Assembly (NCBI RefSeq): GCF_009914755.1
Contig: NC_060943.1
Reading direction: 5' to 3' (one strand)
Length of the DNA: 64,000 bases
Origin: the human T2T-CHM13v2.0 reference genome, Homo sapiens
Shown piece after piece: positions 61,261 through 64,000 of this stretch. A program made the position numbers and the translations under genes. A model generated the notes under the pieces. The model ran no database searches and was not told the origin of the DNA. It saw only the letters and a program-made list of their open reading frames with translations. The number at the start of each line of letters is the position of its first letter. Positions within the stretch are counted from its first letter, which is position 1.

Positions 61261-62351
61261 GGGGGAAGGAAACAAGTTTGAACAGCGGCGCCCGGCCCCC
61301 TTCCCCCTCCCCCGTCCCCGCCCCGGGCCGGATTCCGACGGGGTAGACGGGCAGGGGGCGGCTGGGACCCCTCCCCCTGCGCGCTCGGGCGCAAAGTCCA
61401 GCCCGCGCGAGCCCGGGGGCGGCGGGGGAGGGGAGGGGGAAAAGTCCGAGTGGGAGGGGGGGTTAATCCCGCTGCCCCCCGCCCGCCGACCGAGGGGGAG
61501 GGGAACCTTGGCCCCTTAAGGAGGAGCAAGTTGGCGGGGAAGAGAGGGGCGGAGGGAAGAGACGGCCCGCTGAAAGAGAAGAGGTGGATCCGGGAGGGGG
61601 GGCGAGGGGGGAGCCTCTGCGTCTCCCCCCACCTTCCCCACCCTCCTCAACCCCGGGCCACCGGTGGCGCGGGAGGAGGGTACCCAGGTCTCCCCGGAGC
61701 CACCTTAAAGCCGCGCGTTCTAAGGTCGGAAACAAAAAGTTCCTTTTTCGAACGTTCGGGCTGCGCTTTGGAACTTTGCGACTCGGCGAGGGCGGGGGAG
61801 CGAGGAGCCGACAGAGGCGGGCGGGGGAGGGGCGGCGCAGCCAGGACCCCGAGTCCCGGGCTCCCCACTCACGCCCTCCTCCTAGAGGCCATCCCGTATC
61901 CCCCGCTAACCTGGTGCAGGGCACGCGCCGCCGTGAAGGTCACCAGCAGGACCGCGCAGCGCAGAACCAGGGATAGCGGGCCCGGTGGACGAGCCCCCCC
62001 GCCCCGCACACGTCCCGGCCCCCAGAGTGCAACGTGACAAGAGCGGAGGGGAAGGACCCCGCCACCCCCGTGATCCCGGGAGTGGGGGAGAGCCCGGCCT
62101 GCGGGGTCCCGGTAGGGATACAGGACCAAGACCCGCAGCACCCACACCACTCCGCCCGGAGCCAGGAATCGGGGGTCCCAGGCAGCAACCCCGCTCGCGC
62201 CACGAGAAGCAACAGGTCTCCAGTGCTTGAGGGGTCCCCCAGAACTGGGGATCACTCGGGCTCCCCCGGACCCCTTCAGCCCCCCCAAAGTTTCTCCGTT
62301 CGGTTTCCCGGGGCAACAAGTCTCCCCCACACGTGCTGCCCCCGCCCCCAC

Positions 62352-62373
62352 CTGTGTCCGCCGGGGTCTTCAT
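62352..62373 (-). CDS. ERF: ERF exon 1 (coding part)
   Basis: AGCATGAAG start, MKTPADT, donor ACAG|gtgggg. Confidence 0.93.
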
Positions 62374-64000
62374 GCTGGGGGGCCCGGGGCGAAGCGCCCC
62401 GATTCCGGGCCGCGGCTCCCGGCGCCCTCGCTGCCCCGTCCCGTCCCGCGCCCGTCGGGCCGCCCTCGCCGCCTCACCCGGCCTCGCCTCTCAGAGCCTC
62501 TCCCCTCCCCGCCGCCGCCTCCCGGGTTAATATCGCACTCCGGGGCCGGGACGCCCACGCCCCCCGGCCGGCGACGTCACCGCCGCGTCGCCATGGAGAC
62601 ACTGCGCCCGCCCCCTCCCCGCGCACTCACACACACGCTCGTCGGCGCGCAGCCACTGAGGACCGGCCGGCTCTGGGCTTAAAGGGGCCGCGCGGCGGGG
62701 GAGGGAGGAAGGAGGGGGTGGGGGTGGGATGGGGTCCCGCGGGTCATGACCCTAGTCAGAGGCTCCGAGTCTGCAGCTAACTTAAGTCTTCGGCACTCGC
62801 TACCTGCTGCCCCTCCTCCTCTCCTGCCCACTGCGGGCTCCAGAGTTTCTTTTGGGAGCCTGTATGGGAAAACGGGGGGCCCTTCCGAGGAAGCGGGGGT
62901 CAGAAACTTTTGTGGGGAGGGGGCAGAATCTTCTCTGCAGAGGGGCGGGGTCAGGACCTTAGAAGATGATGAAGACCACAGCATTTCCCAGCTTGGTTTT
63001 ACCCAACCCCCCAACCCTGAGCCTGAATGGGGGCAGCTGTCCAGGGGTGGGGTGGAATGGGTGGGATGCATTTCCCAGCATCGGAAATGGGGAGGCGGCT
63101 GTGCCCTCCGCTCCTGTGGGGATGGGGTCTTGGCTTCCCTGATAACCCCCGTCCAGCTGGGGAGGAAGTGACCAGAGAGAATGCATTTGGAAGCCCCCAC
63201 CACCACCGTCCCCAGGCTGCAGCTGTCCCGGGGATAGGGCTGGCGCCGGAGGTCCCCCCACGTCCACTACTAGGACCGGGGGTTCCGGAGGCGGGGCCGG
63301 GATACGAGGGGGCGACCAAAGTCTGAACAAATGTGCTCCCAAGGGGCACTGAGGGTCGCCAGGAGAGAGGAAGACAGGGCTTAAGATCGAAAGCCAGAGC
63401 GTAGAGAAGTGTTAAGTCTCCGTTCTCTGCCTCAGCCGGGAGGGAAGGATGAAGCCTGAGGCTCTGGGAAACAGGAAATCACAGCGCAGATCTGATGGAG
63501 CCCAGGAGCCGGCAGCAGGGTAGAGGCCAAATAGAAGCAATATTCACAGGCATAGCCTGGAAACAGAGTCTCAAAAAAGACTCTGAGGTTCCGAAGGAGG
63601 GGCGTATGGGTGGCGGGCGGGAGTTGGGGGGGCTGGGTGGGGGACGAATCCAGAAGATGGGCGGGGAGACAGAAAAGTCACAGATAGGGAAGGCCTGCGG
63701 AGCTCAGGCTCCCGGTACCCAGGGCTTCAATCCCAGCCTCCTCGCTTGCGGGGTACCTAGTCCACCTTAGACAGGCTCCTCACCAGTGCCTAAAAAAAAA
63801 AGTCTCAGGCCTCCTCCTTGGGGAGACCAAGGGCTCCAGGGAAGCTTTCCCCCACAACCCCCGGGAATTATGTAACCTTGCCTACGGACAGTACAGCTCC
63901 CCCACGGATATTGTAACCCTCTGGGAGCGGTGTGGTCCAGCAATAATAATCATCTTCATTGTTCGAATAACAGCTCCCGAATTCCGAGTGTTCATGATGT

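Larger units (their letters stand above)
60500..62720 (-). promoter_or_regulatory. ERF: ERF CpG island / promoter and intron-1 regulatory region
   Basis: CpG-dense; CRE-like CGACGTCA at 62572-62579, RFX X-box-like GTCGCCATGGAGAC at 62587-62600, GC boxes, ETS CAGGAAGTG near 60655. Confidence 0.75.

Noticed and set aside
60500-63350. Many overlapping 100-250-aa Pro/Gly/Arg-rich ORFs
   Set aside because: Expected stop-codon paucity in a CpG island; no recognisable domains.

Overview
Human (or very close great-ape) genomic DNA, recognisable as the 19q13.2 block DEDD2(-) / ZNF526(+) / GSK3A(-) / ERF(-). All four CDSs can be rebuilt from GT-AG exon boundaries and sum to full-length proteins: DEDD2 326 aa (4 coding exons), ZNF526 670 aa (1), GSK3A 483 aa (11) and ERF 548 aa (4). 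The background is Alu-dense, with MaLR LTRs, MIR/L2/L1 fragments, MER5A and several CpG-island promoters. Structures not explained by the gene models: (1) a same-orientation array of 11 ZNF143/SBS-like ~20-mers, spaced about 65 bp apart with unique spacers, just upstream of GSK3A; (2) a ~98%-identical inverted duplication of an Alu plus its GGAA tail, with a more diverged AluY inside one arm; (3) a cryptic ~30-bp tandem repeat in GSK3A intron 1; (4) splice phases that would make ERF-to-GSK3A read-through in frame and remove inhibitory Ser21; (5) ERF Val415, apparently non-reference. Repeat boundaries and subfamily calls are by eye and approximate. No prokaryotic-type system is present, and most ORF-track entries are Alu or GC-rich noise.
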